From a virus, in IMG/VR virus record IMGVR_UViG_3300042542_002916, positions 1 through 64,000 of that record: a DNA stretch of 64,000 nucleotides. One strand, written 5' to 3'. Below, one piece after another: positions 28,138 to 41,000 of this stretch (position 1 is its first letter; every line of letters begins with the position of its first letter). A program made the translations under genes and the position numbers. Under the pieces are notes generated by a model, which worked only from the letters and a program-made list of their open reading frames with translations, was not told the DNA's origin and searched no databases.

Positions 28138-28653
28138 GTGTGGAAACCAGCTACTACCCTCAATTGGCAGATAAATGCCCTATGCTCCGACCCTAAAAAT
28201 AAATATGCAAGGGATTGGTTCTTCTCAAAGGAGCCAAGAGAGCGTTATGACGCAAAGAACCTCTGCTACGGATGTCCTGTAAGAAGCCAATGTCTTCAAT
28301 GGGCTTTAGAGCACCGTCAGATCTGGGGTATATGGGGCGGTAAAGACGAGGTAGAAATTCGTCGTGCACTCTCTGTCTCTTACAACGGTGAAGAAGCAAA
28401 GCGTAGAAGGTATCCGCATTGCCCTTACTGCAGTGCTCGTCCATCAAAACTAGAGACAAGTTCGCAAGAAGTCCCTGGTGGAGGACGATGGACAACAGCA
28501 AAGATTGTTACATGCACCGTCTGTGAGTTCTCATGGAGAAGCCGCACCAGCGTAAATGCTGTTGAAGCGTATAAGTCAGAACGAGCAGATAAACAACTAA
28601 AGAAACAAAAAGAAAAAGAAAAGAAGTCTAAGAAGCAGAAGTCTGCTTCATAA
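28138..28653 (+). CDS. whiB: WhiB-family factor fused to a Zn-ribbon and a Lys-rich tail
   Basis: WQINALC..FF..AKNLCYGCPVRSQC..GIWGG, then CPYC..CTVC and a K-rich C-terminus. Confidence 0.88.
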   Translation: MWKPATTLNWQINALCSDPKNKYARDWFFSKEPRERYDAKNLCYGCPVRSQCLQWALEHRQIWGIWGGKDEVEIRRALSVSYNGEEAKRRRYPHCPYCSARPSKLETSSQEVPGGGRWTTAKIVTCTVCEFSWRSRTSVNAVEAYKSERADKQLKKQKEKEKKSKKQKSAS

Positions 28654-29704
28654 ACGCTTCTTCACAAAACTTTACGTTGTTCTGAAGTCTTTGATCTGTA
28701 GGATCAACAATGACTGCCTCTTTCGCATAAGCCAAAGCTTCTGAATATATCCCTAAGTTATAACATGCAATAGCTGCATAGTCATAAGGTGCTGCTCCCC
28801 AAGCCTCTGCTTCACAAAGATACTCTAAAGGCTTCTCTTTAATAGCAAGAGCTTCCTTTGCGCAATCATATGAGTTAACCCAGTCTTTTCTTTCGTAATA
28901 CATTTTTGCCAAATCAACCCAAGGTTCTCTGCGACCTGGCGCTTGAGCAATTGCCTTACGCAACCAGTCTTCTGCTTCATCAGGTAAAGATTTTGCAATA
29001 AAGCGCATAGATGCCGCACGTTCTGGTGCCCAGTGGGCAGTTGGGAGTTCTAGGTGACGCTTAAGCTCTGCTGCTGCTTCAATGTATCTTCCGTAGAAGT
29101 AAAGCTCACGACCATAGTAAAAAGCGTTTCTGTCGTTATAAGGATCTTCTTTAACAGAAAGAGCAAGAAGAGGGAGATATTGCGAACGAGATTTTGTTGG
29201 GTCTGGGTGATGATGGGTTTCTAAACCTTCAACCCATTCTTGCTTCTCATCCATTCCATATGCATACAAACACTCATGCACTGGATGACGCCAACGGTAT
29301 CCCTTGCGTGTATGGATGTGGTCGTAACTAAATTCTAAACCCGGGGTTCCATCTTCATTCCAAGACCAAATGTGCTTATAGCGAGGACGAGTAACTCCTT
29401 TTGCATGCATTGGTTCAAGTAGCTCACGGTAGTTCTGAGTGATTACTTCATCCATATCAAGAGAAATGCAGTAGTCAATATCAAGAGGAAGAGCTGCCAT
29501 AGCGGCATTACGAGCATCATCAAAACGCCAAGGAGACACTCGAACATCTACAACATTAATACCAAGCTCTCGGGCACGTTCTATAGTGCCATCAGTTGAG
29601 CCAGTATCAGCAATTAAAAGATAGTCAGCGCCTTTGGCAGCTTCAAACCACTTATCAACAAACTGACGCTCATTAAGCGCAATGGTGTAGATAGCTATTT
29701 TCAT
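28628..29704 (-). CDS. GT2 glycosyltransferase with C-terminal TPR repeats
   Basis: IALNE, DTGSTDGT, WRFDDARN, DMDE (DxD) and HPVHE; TPR helices in the C-terminal half. Confidence 0.9.
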   Translation of the reverse strand: MKIAIYTIALNERQFVDKWFEAAKGADYLLIADTGSTDGTIERARELGINVVDVRVSPWRFDDARNAAMAALPLDIDYCISLDMDEVITQNYRELLEPMHAKGVTRPRYKHIWSWNEDGTPGLEFSYDHIHTRKGYRWRHPVHECLYAYGMDEKQEWVEGLETHHHPDPTKSRSQYLPLLALSVKEDPYNDRNAFYYGRELYFYGRYIEAAAELKRHLELPTAHWAPERAASMRFIAKSLPDEAEDWLRKAIAQAPGRREPWVDLAKMYYERKDWVNSYDCAKEALAIKEKPLEYLCEAEAWGAAPYDYAAIACYNLGIYSEALAYAKEAVIVDPTDQRLQNNVKFCEEAFMKQTSAS

Positions 29705-29740
29705 TTTTCTCCTAGTTTCATTAGCAGTACGATTTTAAAT

Positions 29741-30484
29741 TTATTTGTATTCTTTTTTAGTCCAGTGAATTTTTTTATATAAACCACCTAAAGACCGTCT
29801 GGTGTCATAAGACTGTTGAATAACTTCTTGTTCTTCAGCCGAGCTTCCTTCTGAAGAACTCCATGCGTCTCTTTTATATGGAAAAAGCTGAGCTATAGGA
29901 GTACCAGCTTTTATTATCCCTTCAAAGTCATCATTTAAAAAGAAGGGAAGCAATCCAGCTGCGTAATATGAATCGCTATCTACTATGCCCGAAAGAGTGG
30001 TAAAGGGTAGGTCATATCTATTCATAGGATGCGTTAACAAAACGCTATAACCCTTTGGAACTTTTATAGCAAACTGTCCTACCCAAGCGTAGTGAGTATC
30101 ACTGTGCCCAGCGGGTCTAGGTACAAGAGCACCTGATGACTGACTTCTAACAACTAAAGGATCTGGCTCAGAAAGCCAATTTAAATTTGTATTTCCATCG
30201 TATGTTTTAGTTACTTGTATGTCAGTCCAAAGTTCTATCATGTATCCAGAAGTAATAACTTCTAAAAAAGAGACGCAGTGTTTTAAACCTTGATTAGCTG
30301 AATAGTTAGATATGACTGGGCCATCAGAATCTACCCATCTTTCAGACTTTCTATACCAATCAGGAATATAGTTTGAAGCTGGCTTGGGTAGAGGAAGCTT
30401 CACTCTAGTTTTTTGATTCATATCTTTAATTAAAGAAGGGTCTGAACCAAAAGTTGCTTCTCTTATAAAAGTTATTTTTTTCAT
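29741..30484 (-). CDS. Hypothetical phage protein, possibly dUTPase-like beta fold
   Basis: IPDWY..C..F...SGY, PKGYS.L.THP.N and IKAGTPIAQ.FP motifs; canonical dUTPase catalytic motifs not recognised. Confidence 0.5.
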   Translation of the reverse strand: MKKITFIREATFGSDPSLIKDMNQKTRVKLPLPKPASNYIPDWYRKSERWVDSDGPVISNYSANQGLKHCVSFLEVITSGYMIELWTDIQVTKTYDGNTNLNWLSEPDPLVVRSQSSGALVPRPAGHSDTHYAWVGQFAIKVPKGYSVLLTHPMNRYDLPFTTLSGIVDSDSYYAAGLLPFFLNDDFEGIIKAGTPIAQLFPYKRDAWSSSEGSSAEEQEVIQQSYDTRRSLGGLYKKIHWTKKEYK

Positions 30485-30509
30485 GTCTTCACGTCTCTCT
30501 AATTAGTTT

Positions 30510-30788
30510 TTAAATGTAGTCTTCGTCTTCTTCTACAGATGCGCCGCCTTTGCCGCCTTTGCCATCTTTTTGTAGAAGAGCCTTTATATCTAAACCATCT
30601 TTATATAAAAGAGTTGAATCTTTAAAAACTACACTTCTCTTGCTTACATATCCGCCTTCTTGCTCTAGTTTAGCGTCAGCAAGTTCTTTAGTTGGGGCTA
30701 ATACTTGTACGACCATAGTTACTTCATATGTGTAGCAAGAAGTGTCTTTAAACATATCAGCAATGCTGTTTGCTTTTTTCTCTGTCAT
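30510..30788 (-). CDS. Hypothetical protein
   Basis: AAAGGA RBS; co-oriented in the operon. Confidence 0.6.
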   Translation of the reverse strand: MTEKKANSIADMFKDTSCYTYEVTMVVQVLAPTKELADAKLEQEGGYVSKRSVVFKDSTLLYKDGLDIKALLQKDGKGGKGGASVEEDEDYI

Positions 30789-30810
30789 TTTTTTCCTTTG
30801 CTTAGTGTTT

Positions 30811-31389
30811 TTATTGTATTTTTTTGAACCATTTTTGGTAGCCCTCTAAGACAGACTCTAGTCTATCTCGATAGACATTGTAAAAGGAGTCAATAGCTAC
30901 TTTTGGTTCTTTAAGAGGTCCAAGACCAGCACTCCATTGGTAGTCATCGAAGGCAATAATCCCGCCTATATTAAGACACTCATATGCCGCTACTGCATCC
31001 TTTAAGACTCCGTATGCGGTGTGGTCTCCATCAATATAGATAAAGTCATACATTTCTCTATTATTTCTAAAGAAATGATCGCTTGTCCCTTTATATTTGA
31101 CAATTTTTCTACTGTCTTGTCCATCTTTAGTTTTTGTATTGTAAAGCATCTCTACAGTAGACCAGTTCATTTGATGATGAGATGGCTCATCTGAGCCTTC
31201 CCAAGTGTCTACATCGATTAGAATAGAGTCTGGGTGGGTTAGTAGGTTCTCATATAGCCACACTGAAGCATCGCCAGTGTAAGCACCTATCTGAAGACAG
31301 CGAACAGGTTTACCTACAAAATTACGCAATAAATGCGTATAAAAATTTTTCTGTCCGTCATTGACGAACCAATTGACATACTCGTCCAT
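30811..31389 (-). CDS. Class I SAM-dependent methyltransferase (Methyltransf_24-like)
   Basis: LQIGAYTGDAS, DVDTW, YDFIYIDGDH and GGIIAFDDY. Confidence 0.88.
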   Translation of the reverse strand: MDEYVNWFVNDGQKNFYTHLLRNFVGKPVRCLQIGAYTGDASVWLYENLLTHPDSILIDVDTWEGSDEPSHHQMNWSTVEMLYNTKTKDGQDSRKIVKYKGTSDHFFRNNREMYDFIYIDGDHTAYGVLKDAVAAYECLNIGGIIAFDDYQWSAGLGPLKEPKVAIDSFYNVYRDRLESVLEGYQKWFKKIQ

Positions 31390-31423
31390 TTGTCTCTCCC
31401 TTGTCTAGAGGGAGTCTATCAGA

Positions 31424-32059
31424 TTAGTACGGAGTAGCTCCACTAAAACTTGCATGAGCTGTTCCAGCCCAGAAACCGCCGCTGGAGCCATCAAAATAAG
31501 AGTTTAAAGTAGTTGATTTTTCTAACATAACAGAGTCCACATAAAAAATCTCCCCTGCTACAGCTGAACCTGTAACTACTCTAATAATCATAAAATTTGC
31601 AGAACCTTGCTTTGTCACAGGAGCGCTTAAACGAACCCAGTTGCCTGTATATGATAAAGATTGAATACCAATGTTTGTTGCCGAAACTGTGCTACTAGAG
31701 TTTTGAGCCTCGTACTGTAACTGACGTAAAAAATAGTTTGCTGGTGAATTACCGCTGGCAAGTTTTACATATGCACTTAGGTAATAAGTGCCTTCTCCTG
31801 CTACAAGAGGAATCATAGATCCCTCGTTGCCAAACTGAGCACCTGACCCAGAGCCGTTAGTAACAGCTAGAGATGCAGAGCCAGTATTAAACTCACCTGT
31901 TGTTCTAGCAAGAGTTCCTCCTGCAGTTGCAGTCCAATTCGTTGTATTTACCTCAAAAGAAGGGTTAGTAATATAGTTAACTCTATATCCAAGTGCTGCA
32001 GGTTCTGCAGGGTTCTTTAAAAACCCAGCTCCGCTAGCTATTCCTAAACTTAATGGCAT
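31424..32059 (-). CDS. Carbohydrate-binding-module (CBM4/9-like) virion protein
   Basis: NYITNPSFE..W, YYLSAYVK, WVRLS, FYVDSVMLE and YFDG motifs. Confidence 0.7.
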   Translation of the reverse strand: MPLSLGIASGAGFLKNPAEPAALGYRVNYITNPSFEVNTTNWTATAGGTLARTTGEFNTGSASLAVTNGSGSGAQFGNEGSMIPLVAGEGTYYLSAYVKLASGNSPANYFLRQLQYEAQNSSSTVSATNIGIQSLSYTGNWVRLSAPVTKQGSANFMIIRVVTGSAVAGEIFYVDSVMLEKSTTLNSYFDGSSGGFWAGTAHASFSGATPY

Positions 32060-32071
32060 ACCTGCTCCTAA

Positions 32072-33342
<1,271 letters not shown>

Positions 33343-33352
<10 letters not shown>

Positions 33353-33492
33353 TTACAGCTCCTTTTCTTCCACATCCAAATATGATGAACTGCCATAATA
33401 GCCATAAGAACCCACATTAACTGCATCTCTGTAAGAGGAAATGACCAATCAGTAGAAGTAACTATTGTCTGATTATGGTTATCATGCTCCAT
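33343..33492 (-). CDS. 49-aa Met/His-rich membrane peptide (not in the ORF track)
   Basis: [49 protein letters not shown]; GAGGGGG RBS; fills the gap and overlaps both neighbours. Confidence 0.7.
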
Positions 33493-33733
33493 TAGTTTCC
33501 CCCTCTACTAAAGAAACTTTTCCTTGATAGCAACAGTGAGCTGCTCCATTTAAAGTCTCAACTGCTGTATTGTAAATACCTTCAAGAAAATCTTCACGTC
33601 CAGTAGCCCATACTACATCTGAAATTAGCACCGTCTTGTTATCAGAGGTGTTTTTAATAGTTAGGTTAAGCAGTGGAGTGTTTGCGCTTTCTTCTGCTTT
33701 CCATTCAAATTTTCCTACTATTTCCATTGTCAT
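33482..33733 (-). CDS. Hypothetical protein (HCC motif)
   Basis: ATGA coupling to the upstream collagen-cupredoxin gene. Confidence 0.65.
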   Translation of the reverse strand: MTMEIVGKFEWKAEESANTPLLNLTIKNTSDNKTVLISDVVWATGREDFLEGIYNTAVETLNGAAHCCYQGKVSLVEGETNGA

Positions 33734-35007
33734 ATTGCTGAGATATCCTTAATCGTGATAACTCCAAGCATTCCGCTATGGACTGAGCATTGATAAGCAT
33801 ATGCACCACTTATATTAGCTGGTACTTGCCAGTATAAAGTTCCTGTTACCTTACCTTGAGCATTTGAACCTGTAGTAATTGTTCCATCGGGTGTCACATG
33901 GATTAAACCTGTGTTGTAGTTTGCTGCGCCAAGTGCAGTTTTGATTAGGAAAGGATGCCCAGTTACGGCTAAATTAAAGGCAATGGTAGTTCCTGAAATT
34001 GCGTAAATAGTAGGATTATTTCCAGTGTATTGATTATCAAAAAGATATGCTGAAGATCCACTATTAGTTACAGATAATCTAGTAATTGCAGGATATGCAA
34101 CATCGTCAATAGTTGTTGATGCTGCAGTTGCGTCTGTAGTACCACTAAAAGTTGCAGCGCCAGTTGGACCCGTTGGTCCTGTAGGACCAGCACCAGTAGG
34201 ACCTGTAGGCCCAGCAGGTCCAGTTACCGTGCTTGCAGCACCAGTTGGTCCAGTCGCTCCAGTAGCCCCAGCTGCACCACTTGCACCAGTAGCACCCGTT
34301 GGTCCTGTTGGTCCACCCGATGGGCCAGTTGGGCCTTCAACACCTGTCGCACCTGTAGGACCAGTTGGTCCACCCGATGGACCTGTTGGACCTGTAGGTC
34401 CAGTCGGTCCCGCGCCAGTCGCACCTGTTGGACCAGTTACACCACTAGCTCCAGTTGGGCCCACCGGGCCAGTTACGCCACTACCTGTTCCAGTACCTAC
34501 TTCTTCCCAGCCAGCAGAAACTTTAACTTCTAAATTTTCTGTTTCAGTATTGAATCGTACATACCCTGTCTCAGCTGATGCAGGTCGTTGTCCTGTAGTC
34601 CCAGATTCTAAATACAAAGTATTGTTATCGCCACGAATAACTTTATTAGTTAAAGTTTGAGCAATATTTTCTGGTTGAACAGAGTCTTCTTGAGATACAC
34701 CATTAATACTAAAAGAGGTTTGTGCGACAGAAGTTCTGACATAAATTGTGTCACCACTATTTATAGCAAATCTAAATGTTTCAAAAGACTGCCCTACTTC
34801 TACAACTAAATTAGAAGCTATATAAGCATATTGAGAAGCTTGAACAGTATTTGGAGGTACTACCCAAATACTTACTTTTGTTACAGGAGTTGCATTAATT
34901 GCTTTATTTGCGACCACAACTGAAACAAGATAGTTTGCATTTGAATTGTAAAGTACCGAGTCTGTGTTAGCTGCAGGGTTGCTGAGTCCAAGTCGTAAAA
35001 TTGGCAC
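33730..35007 (-). CDS. Collagen-like fibre protein with a C-terminal cupredoxin-like domain
   Basis: GPT repeats; GHPF...YQCSVHSGM type-1 copper ligand pattern; AGGAGG RBS plus GTG. Confidence 0.8.
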   Translation of the reverse strand: MPILRLGLSNPAANTDSVLYNSNANYLVSVVVANKAINATPVTKVSIWVVPPNTVQASQYAYIASNLVVEVGQSFETFRFAINSGDTIYVRTSVAQTSFSINGVSQEDSVQPENIAQTLTNKVIRGDNNTLYLESGTTGQRPASAETGYVRFNTETENLEVKVSAGWEEVGTGTGSGVTGPVGPTGASGVTGPTGATGAGPTGPTGPTGPSGGPTGPTGATGVEGPTGPSGGPTGPTGATGASGAAGATGATGPTGAASTVTGPAGPTGPTGAGPTGPTGPTGAATFSGTTDATAASTTIDDVAYPAITRLSVTNSGSSAYLFDNQYTGNNPTIYAISGTTIAFNLAVTGHPFLIKTALGAANYNTGLIHVTPDGTITTGSNAQGKVTGTLYWQVPANISGAYAYQCSVHSGMLGVITIKDISAI

Positions 35008-35016
35008 CTGAGCCTC

Positions 35017-38000
35017 CTAAGCCTGAGCTTCAGACCATGAAAGTTTGGCTGATGCTAGTGTTGAGTTTCCTGATAAACGAGCTACTGCAATAGTAATAAT
35101 ATCAGGTCCGTCAGGGAAAATGCTGTCTCCACCGAGGATTGAGTTAGACATTTCAAACAAACTACTTACGTTTGCCACTGTAGTTCCTATAGCTCCGCGG
35201 AAGTTGTAAATTTGAACTCCACCAGAAACAGTATCTGCTGCGGTATGTTCAACAATCTGAGTCAATGAAGGTGAGTCAACTCCAACAAAGTTCAAGTTAT
35301 TTAGACGTGGGTTGAGAAGAACTTTAACGTCAACAAGCTGATCAGTTGAAACTGCAATTTCATTTAATCGAAGCTGCATTCGGTTAATAACATCTCTATC
35401 TCCAAGTTTACCTGTCAAACCTTCAGATACAGATGGGCTCAAACGAAGAGAGATAAGAGGCTGATAGTTTGGACCAGAAGTATTGTTTAGTGAGCCATCT
35501 GGATACAAGAAGTATGTAAACTGTGTGTTTCCTTGACCAGTGAAGTCAATTACTTCAGCAATAATTGAACCAGATTCAACCAAAATGGTTTGATTAGTTC
35601 CAACAGATGGATATGTGAAGGTATTAGTTCCAGTTACAGTAACTGTAAAGGCTCCGTTTGCAACTCCAGTTGGAGAAGTTGCTGGCTGATTTCCGTTTAG
35701 GACAGTGTTTGCTACTCCGTAAACTCCAACATACATACCAGTTGTTAGGTTATGAGGTGCAACTGTAGTAACTGTCATAACGTTAGATGTTCTTGCAAAT
35801 GATGCACCAGTGCTGATTGTTGATGCTAGAGGTGATAGATGTATCAAGTTTGCAGAGTTAGCAATTACCTTATACCGTTGACCGTTTGTTAGATTTGCAA
35901 GAGTATTAGATCCAACAATTCTAGTTGGAGGGTTTTGTGTATTTGCTCCTCGTACACCGCTTGATCCAATGGACTCAAACTGAACAATGTCACCGCTTCT
36001 AAAACCGTGAGTTTGTACAGTCATCAAATCATTTGTTAAGTTAGTACCAGTAGAAGCAAACGACTTAGCGGTTGTTCCACGAATATCCAAAGTCTGGCTG
36101 TTTTGGCTGAAGAGGTATGCATTGTCATCATCAAAACGACCATCCATCATTACCGAAGTTCCCCAGTGGAATAGGGAAGGAATGTATGTTGGGTTTTCAT
36201 ATGTTACAACTTCATAACGAGCTGGCATGTTACCAGAGCGCAAGTATGATTCAAACAAGTTGTTGTTGTGAACATATTCGTGAACATACTGAACTTGTCC
36301 ATCGGTTGTCTTAAATCCGTAGCGAATTTTACCTGCTCCGTACCAAGAGTAGTCAATGTAAGCCATCTGAATTCTTGACAAATCAAGATTGTAGCCAGTA
36401 ACACCAGTTCCATCACAAGGGTCAATTGACCAGTCTTCTTGTGGAGTTTTTGTGTTAACAGTCTTTGTCACAATGATGCCTGACTTAGCAGGTGTAAGTG
36501 AGTGAACTGTTGTAGTTCCAACACTTGAAAGGTTTACAAAACCTTCAGCATCTGGTGCAGATTTTAGTTTAAATGTGTTTCCATTGATAAGACTGATGTA
36601 GTAAGTTCTACCGTTTACCAATCCACCAATTGGTTCACCGTCAATTGAGTTATAAACAACTGGTAGTAGATCAGTTAAACCATGTCCATTAATTGTAAAG
36701 ACATCTGTTGATGTATTCACAACTGTTGCTGGATTAAATTCTTTCTCTGGTCCAGATGAGCCCTTATATTCAGGACGCACTGACATACGGGTTTCTGAGT
36801 CAATTTGTGTAATGCGATAGCTTTGACCGCGCATAACAACAAAATCGCCAACATCTAACTGCGCTTGGAAACTTGTTCCAGTTCCAAAGATAAGTTCTGA
36901 ACCTTGCAAAGCAGCAGCAGTTCCACCTATTTGCTGAGTTGAAGAACGACGCACTGCGTAGATTTTTTGTCCATCAAACTCAAAATACATACCGTTTTGG
37001 AAGTCATACATACCAGTACGGACAGCTCCACCTTGCCACTCACGGACGTAGAACTGAGGGAATCCATAAGCACGGTTTTCTGGAATACCGCCATCTCTGC
37101 TGATTCTAAAAGTTGTTAAATTGATTACTGTTACTTGGAAAGCTCCATTGTAAATAGTACTTGTATTTCCATAAGAATCCTTTGCTTCACTAATAAACAC
37201 AAAGAGGTCATTAATCAAACCATGAGGACGACGAGTCTTACATTCAATAGTTGTAGCACTAGTCTTAATCATGCTTTCAAGGTCGATAGATGGCTTGAAG
37301 TTGATACCGCAAGAAGTCTGAAGACCTTTACCTGACTGGTAGCGGAAGTACTTACGGGTTTGACGAACAATTGAACCCCAAGAAGTTCCACTTCCAACGG
37401 ACATTTCAACGCCGCCGTCGAATGGACGGTGAAGGCTGTAACCTTCTGGACGAACATAGATAAATGTTGGATAAGAGTATGAAACTGCGTTGTATGCAGT
37501 TGCATACGGGCGATCTACAGAAATCTGTGTATCAGAACCAATAGCTGCAATACGACGAATAATTGGTCCTACTGGGATTGTTTGTGTAAATGCAAACAGT
37601 GAACCAGTTCCTACTGTACTAAAATCTGCAGGGCTTGTATTAGTTGTTGCATCTGCTGCAGACCCATGTAATGTTATTTGAGTATCACTAATCTTACGAA
37701 CAAAGTAGTAATAACCGTCAACCAATGGGCTAGGAGATACTCCACCATTTGCACCAAATTTAACTGCATCACCCGTCGCAAAGTTGTGTGTGCGTGTAAT
37801 ACGGTTAGTTACAGTATCAACGTTTACTGCAGCAAAATCTGTTTGATCTGCATACAGTCTAAAGGCTAAACCAGTTCCAGCTGCAGTTATATCAACTGTG
37901 TTAGTTCCAGCATTAGCGTCTGCTTCTGTTGGGTGCAACGTTAAAGTTGTAGCACCTGTTCTACGAACAAAGTAAGAATCGTTATTTGTTAATCCAGTTG

Positions 38001-41000
38001 GAGAAGTTCCTCCACCATTGTTAAATATAACTTGACAACCTGTAGAAAAATTATGTGCTTTAGTGATTACATCTGTGCTTGTATTAATATCTGATGCTGC
38101 AAAAATTACAGACAGATTGACAGCATTTGCACTTATGGTAAATGCAGTGCCAGTTCCAGCAGTTGTTATGTCTATAGTGTTGGTTCCTGCAATAGCATCT
38201 GCAACAGTTGTATGAAGCGCAATTGTTGAGGAGGATGCGGCACGAACATAGTAAGTAGCTCCCTCAACTAGAGGTGCAGGAGCTGTTCCACCGCCTGCAG
38301 AGAAGACAACTTCTTGTCCTGTAGGTAACGTATGGGCTTTACCAATTAAATTAGTTGATGTGTTTACATCTGCTGCTGCAAATGTTAAAGTTCCATGACT
38401 TTTTGTTATGTTAGGTGGGAATAGACGGAATCTATCTCCCACTTTAAGGATTTTTGTAAACTGAGTACCAGTACCAGTCACAAGAACAGAGCCAGAGGCA
38501 ATAGTTACTGAACCAGCTCCAGTTACGTTACCATTAATTTGAGAAGAAGTGAATTGATGAGCAACACCTGTTCCAAAATCAGCAACAGTAACTACAACAC
38601 CTGTTGCTGCATTTGCAGCAGATGATGCAAGACGTATGTAGTCTTTATTAATTGCAACTACATAATAGTTTGTCAAATCTGTCAAACCTGAGATTGCAGT
38701 TGCTGCAGGTCCTTTATCGTATAGAACTTTTGTTCCAGTCAAGAAACCATGAGAAGGGATGAAAAAAGCGTTTTGAACAATATCAATTGTAGATCTTGGG
38801 TTAAATATTTTTTCAATTTCTGGAACTTGACCTTGTGCTGTAACCGTAAATGTATTTGGAGCACCGTTAGGCAGAGTAGTAATGTTGTAAATACCATCTG
38901 GAGTCTTTGACAAAGACTGTAAAGTGTGTCGCCCAACACCTGCTGGTGTATCAGTAATGTTCACTGCAGTTCCAGCAACAGCATTTTCAGGAGTTGTTGC
39001 AAGTTTAATATTATCTTGATCAACAAAGATAATGTAGTAAGGAGTTGCAGTTGTTAAACCATTAACAACAGTTTGACCCTTAGCATCATAAAGAACCAAT
39101 TCACCTTGTAAGAACCCGTGACTTGGGAGGGTAATTCTGTCATCTGCATAGTCAAGTGCAGTAATCAGCAATTGCTGAGTTCCAGTTCCTGCACCAGTGA
39201 TGTCAGCAAAAGATGTAAGAGCAGTAGATGTAGCCAGTCTTACAATGCTATTGTCGACTTTTTTAATGTAGTAAGTACCGTTATTGGATAAACCTGGAAT
39301 TGTTGTTCCACCGTTATTTGAATAACGAACAGTTTGACCATCTACTAATCCGTGGTTTGCAATATATAGAGTGTTTTCAGTAATATTAACTGTTGCAAAT
39401 ATAAAGCTATGAGCTGTTCCAGTTCCTGCAGCAGTAAGATTAATATAAGTATTAGAATTAAGAGCAAGTTTTAGTCTAATTCTGTTTGCATCAAGTACTT
39501 CTTGAACATAATATGTAGATCCGTTTACAAGCGGTACAATAGAAGTTCCTCCGCCATTGCTGTAAATTAAAGGCTGATCTACTTGGAAACCATGACTACT
39601 AATTGTCAAAGTGTCCTCAGCAACGTTTGCAACAACTCGACTGATAGTTGAGCTTGTTGTTGTTTCTCTTGTAGAAGGAAGAGTTAAGTTGATAGTTGTA
39701 AAAGTCGGGCTAGGAGTACTGCTTAAGCGATATGTAAAATTGTTTACAGTATTTACATAATATGTAGTTGCATTTGTAATACCTGCAGGAGCCGTACCAT
39801 TAAAGTTTACAACTACAGCTTCACCATTTACAAGGTTATGAGCTGCTGGAGAGTGAATTAAATCGTTTTGAGAATCATAGTTAATTGGAAGAAATGCATG
39901 ATATGAACTACCTGCAGGGGCAATTGCAATCTTATTTGTTCCAGCTTCAGAATCTGCAGCAGTTGGGTAAACTTCGTTACCAGTTGTAAACGAAGAAATA
40001 ATTGACATTACAACAGAGCCTTCACCAGTGTTAAAGGAAGCAAGGTTTGTAATAGCAGCACCGTTAAATGTGTTTTGTCCATCAAATAAACCTGTAGATG
40101 TTGCTACGTCTGTTGCTTTAGCTGTGATAAATGAACCACCGCCACCACCAGAATGACCTGCAGTAAGAGAACGAGCACCGCCACCACCTGAATAGCCTCC
40201 GCCACCACCAGACTGTCCTGTGATATCACCGTCTGATTGACCGCCACCACCAAAACCGCCATACCCACCTATGCGAGCGTTTGTTCCCATAGATAGTCCG
40301 TCAAGGAATGACCCTCCACCGAGGAATATGGTTCCGCTCACGTTACTGCTTTCACCGCGAGAGAAGAAACCTCCACCAGCAGCAGAGCGACCACCAGCAG
40401 AACGTCCACCAAAACCAATTGCTCCACCTGCAATAGTGTTATTTGTCGATGTTCCAGCTAGTTGATTAAGTACACCATCTCGACCTGCACCAGTATTTGA
40501 TTCACCAGAACCGCCACCTGCAACAAATAAAGGCTCGTTACCAGTTTTACGAACAACAAATGTTCCACCACCAGAGCCACCCCATACACCACCAGAGGAA
40601 GGTGCAGCGCCTCGCTGACCAACAACAATCGTGATAATTTCACCTTTAGTTAAAGCAACTCGGCCTCTAACAACTGCACCGCGTCCAACTCCACCTGTAC
40701 CAGAACCATCAAATCCAGCGGCTCCAGATGCAGTAAATTGGTAAATACCAGAAATTGGAACTACCCAGTCTTGATAGCCTTGAAAAGCACCTTGCGTAAG
40801 GTTTTGTCCATGCCAAGAAGTGCTATATCCAGCCAGTATTTGTGCGCTATTTGGACCAACTCGTCCTGTTTGACCGCATGTTGTGAATGTGTGAGTGTTT
40901 CCTGAAATTGTATATAAAGACTGGACTCCAGTAAATGTAGCTGTTACGTTCTTTAAAAAGTATGTGTTTCCAGAAGTCAAACCAGTGATAGGTGTCCCAG

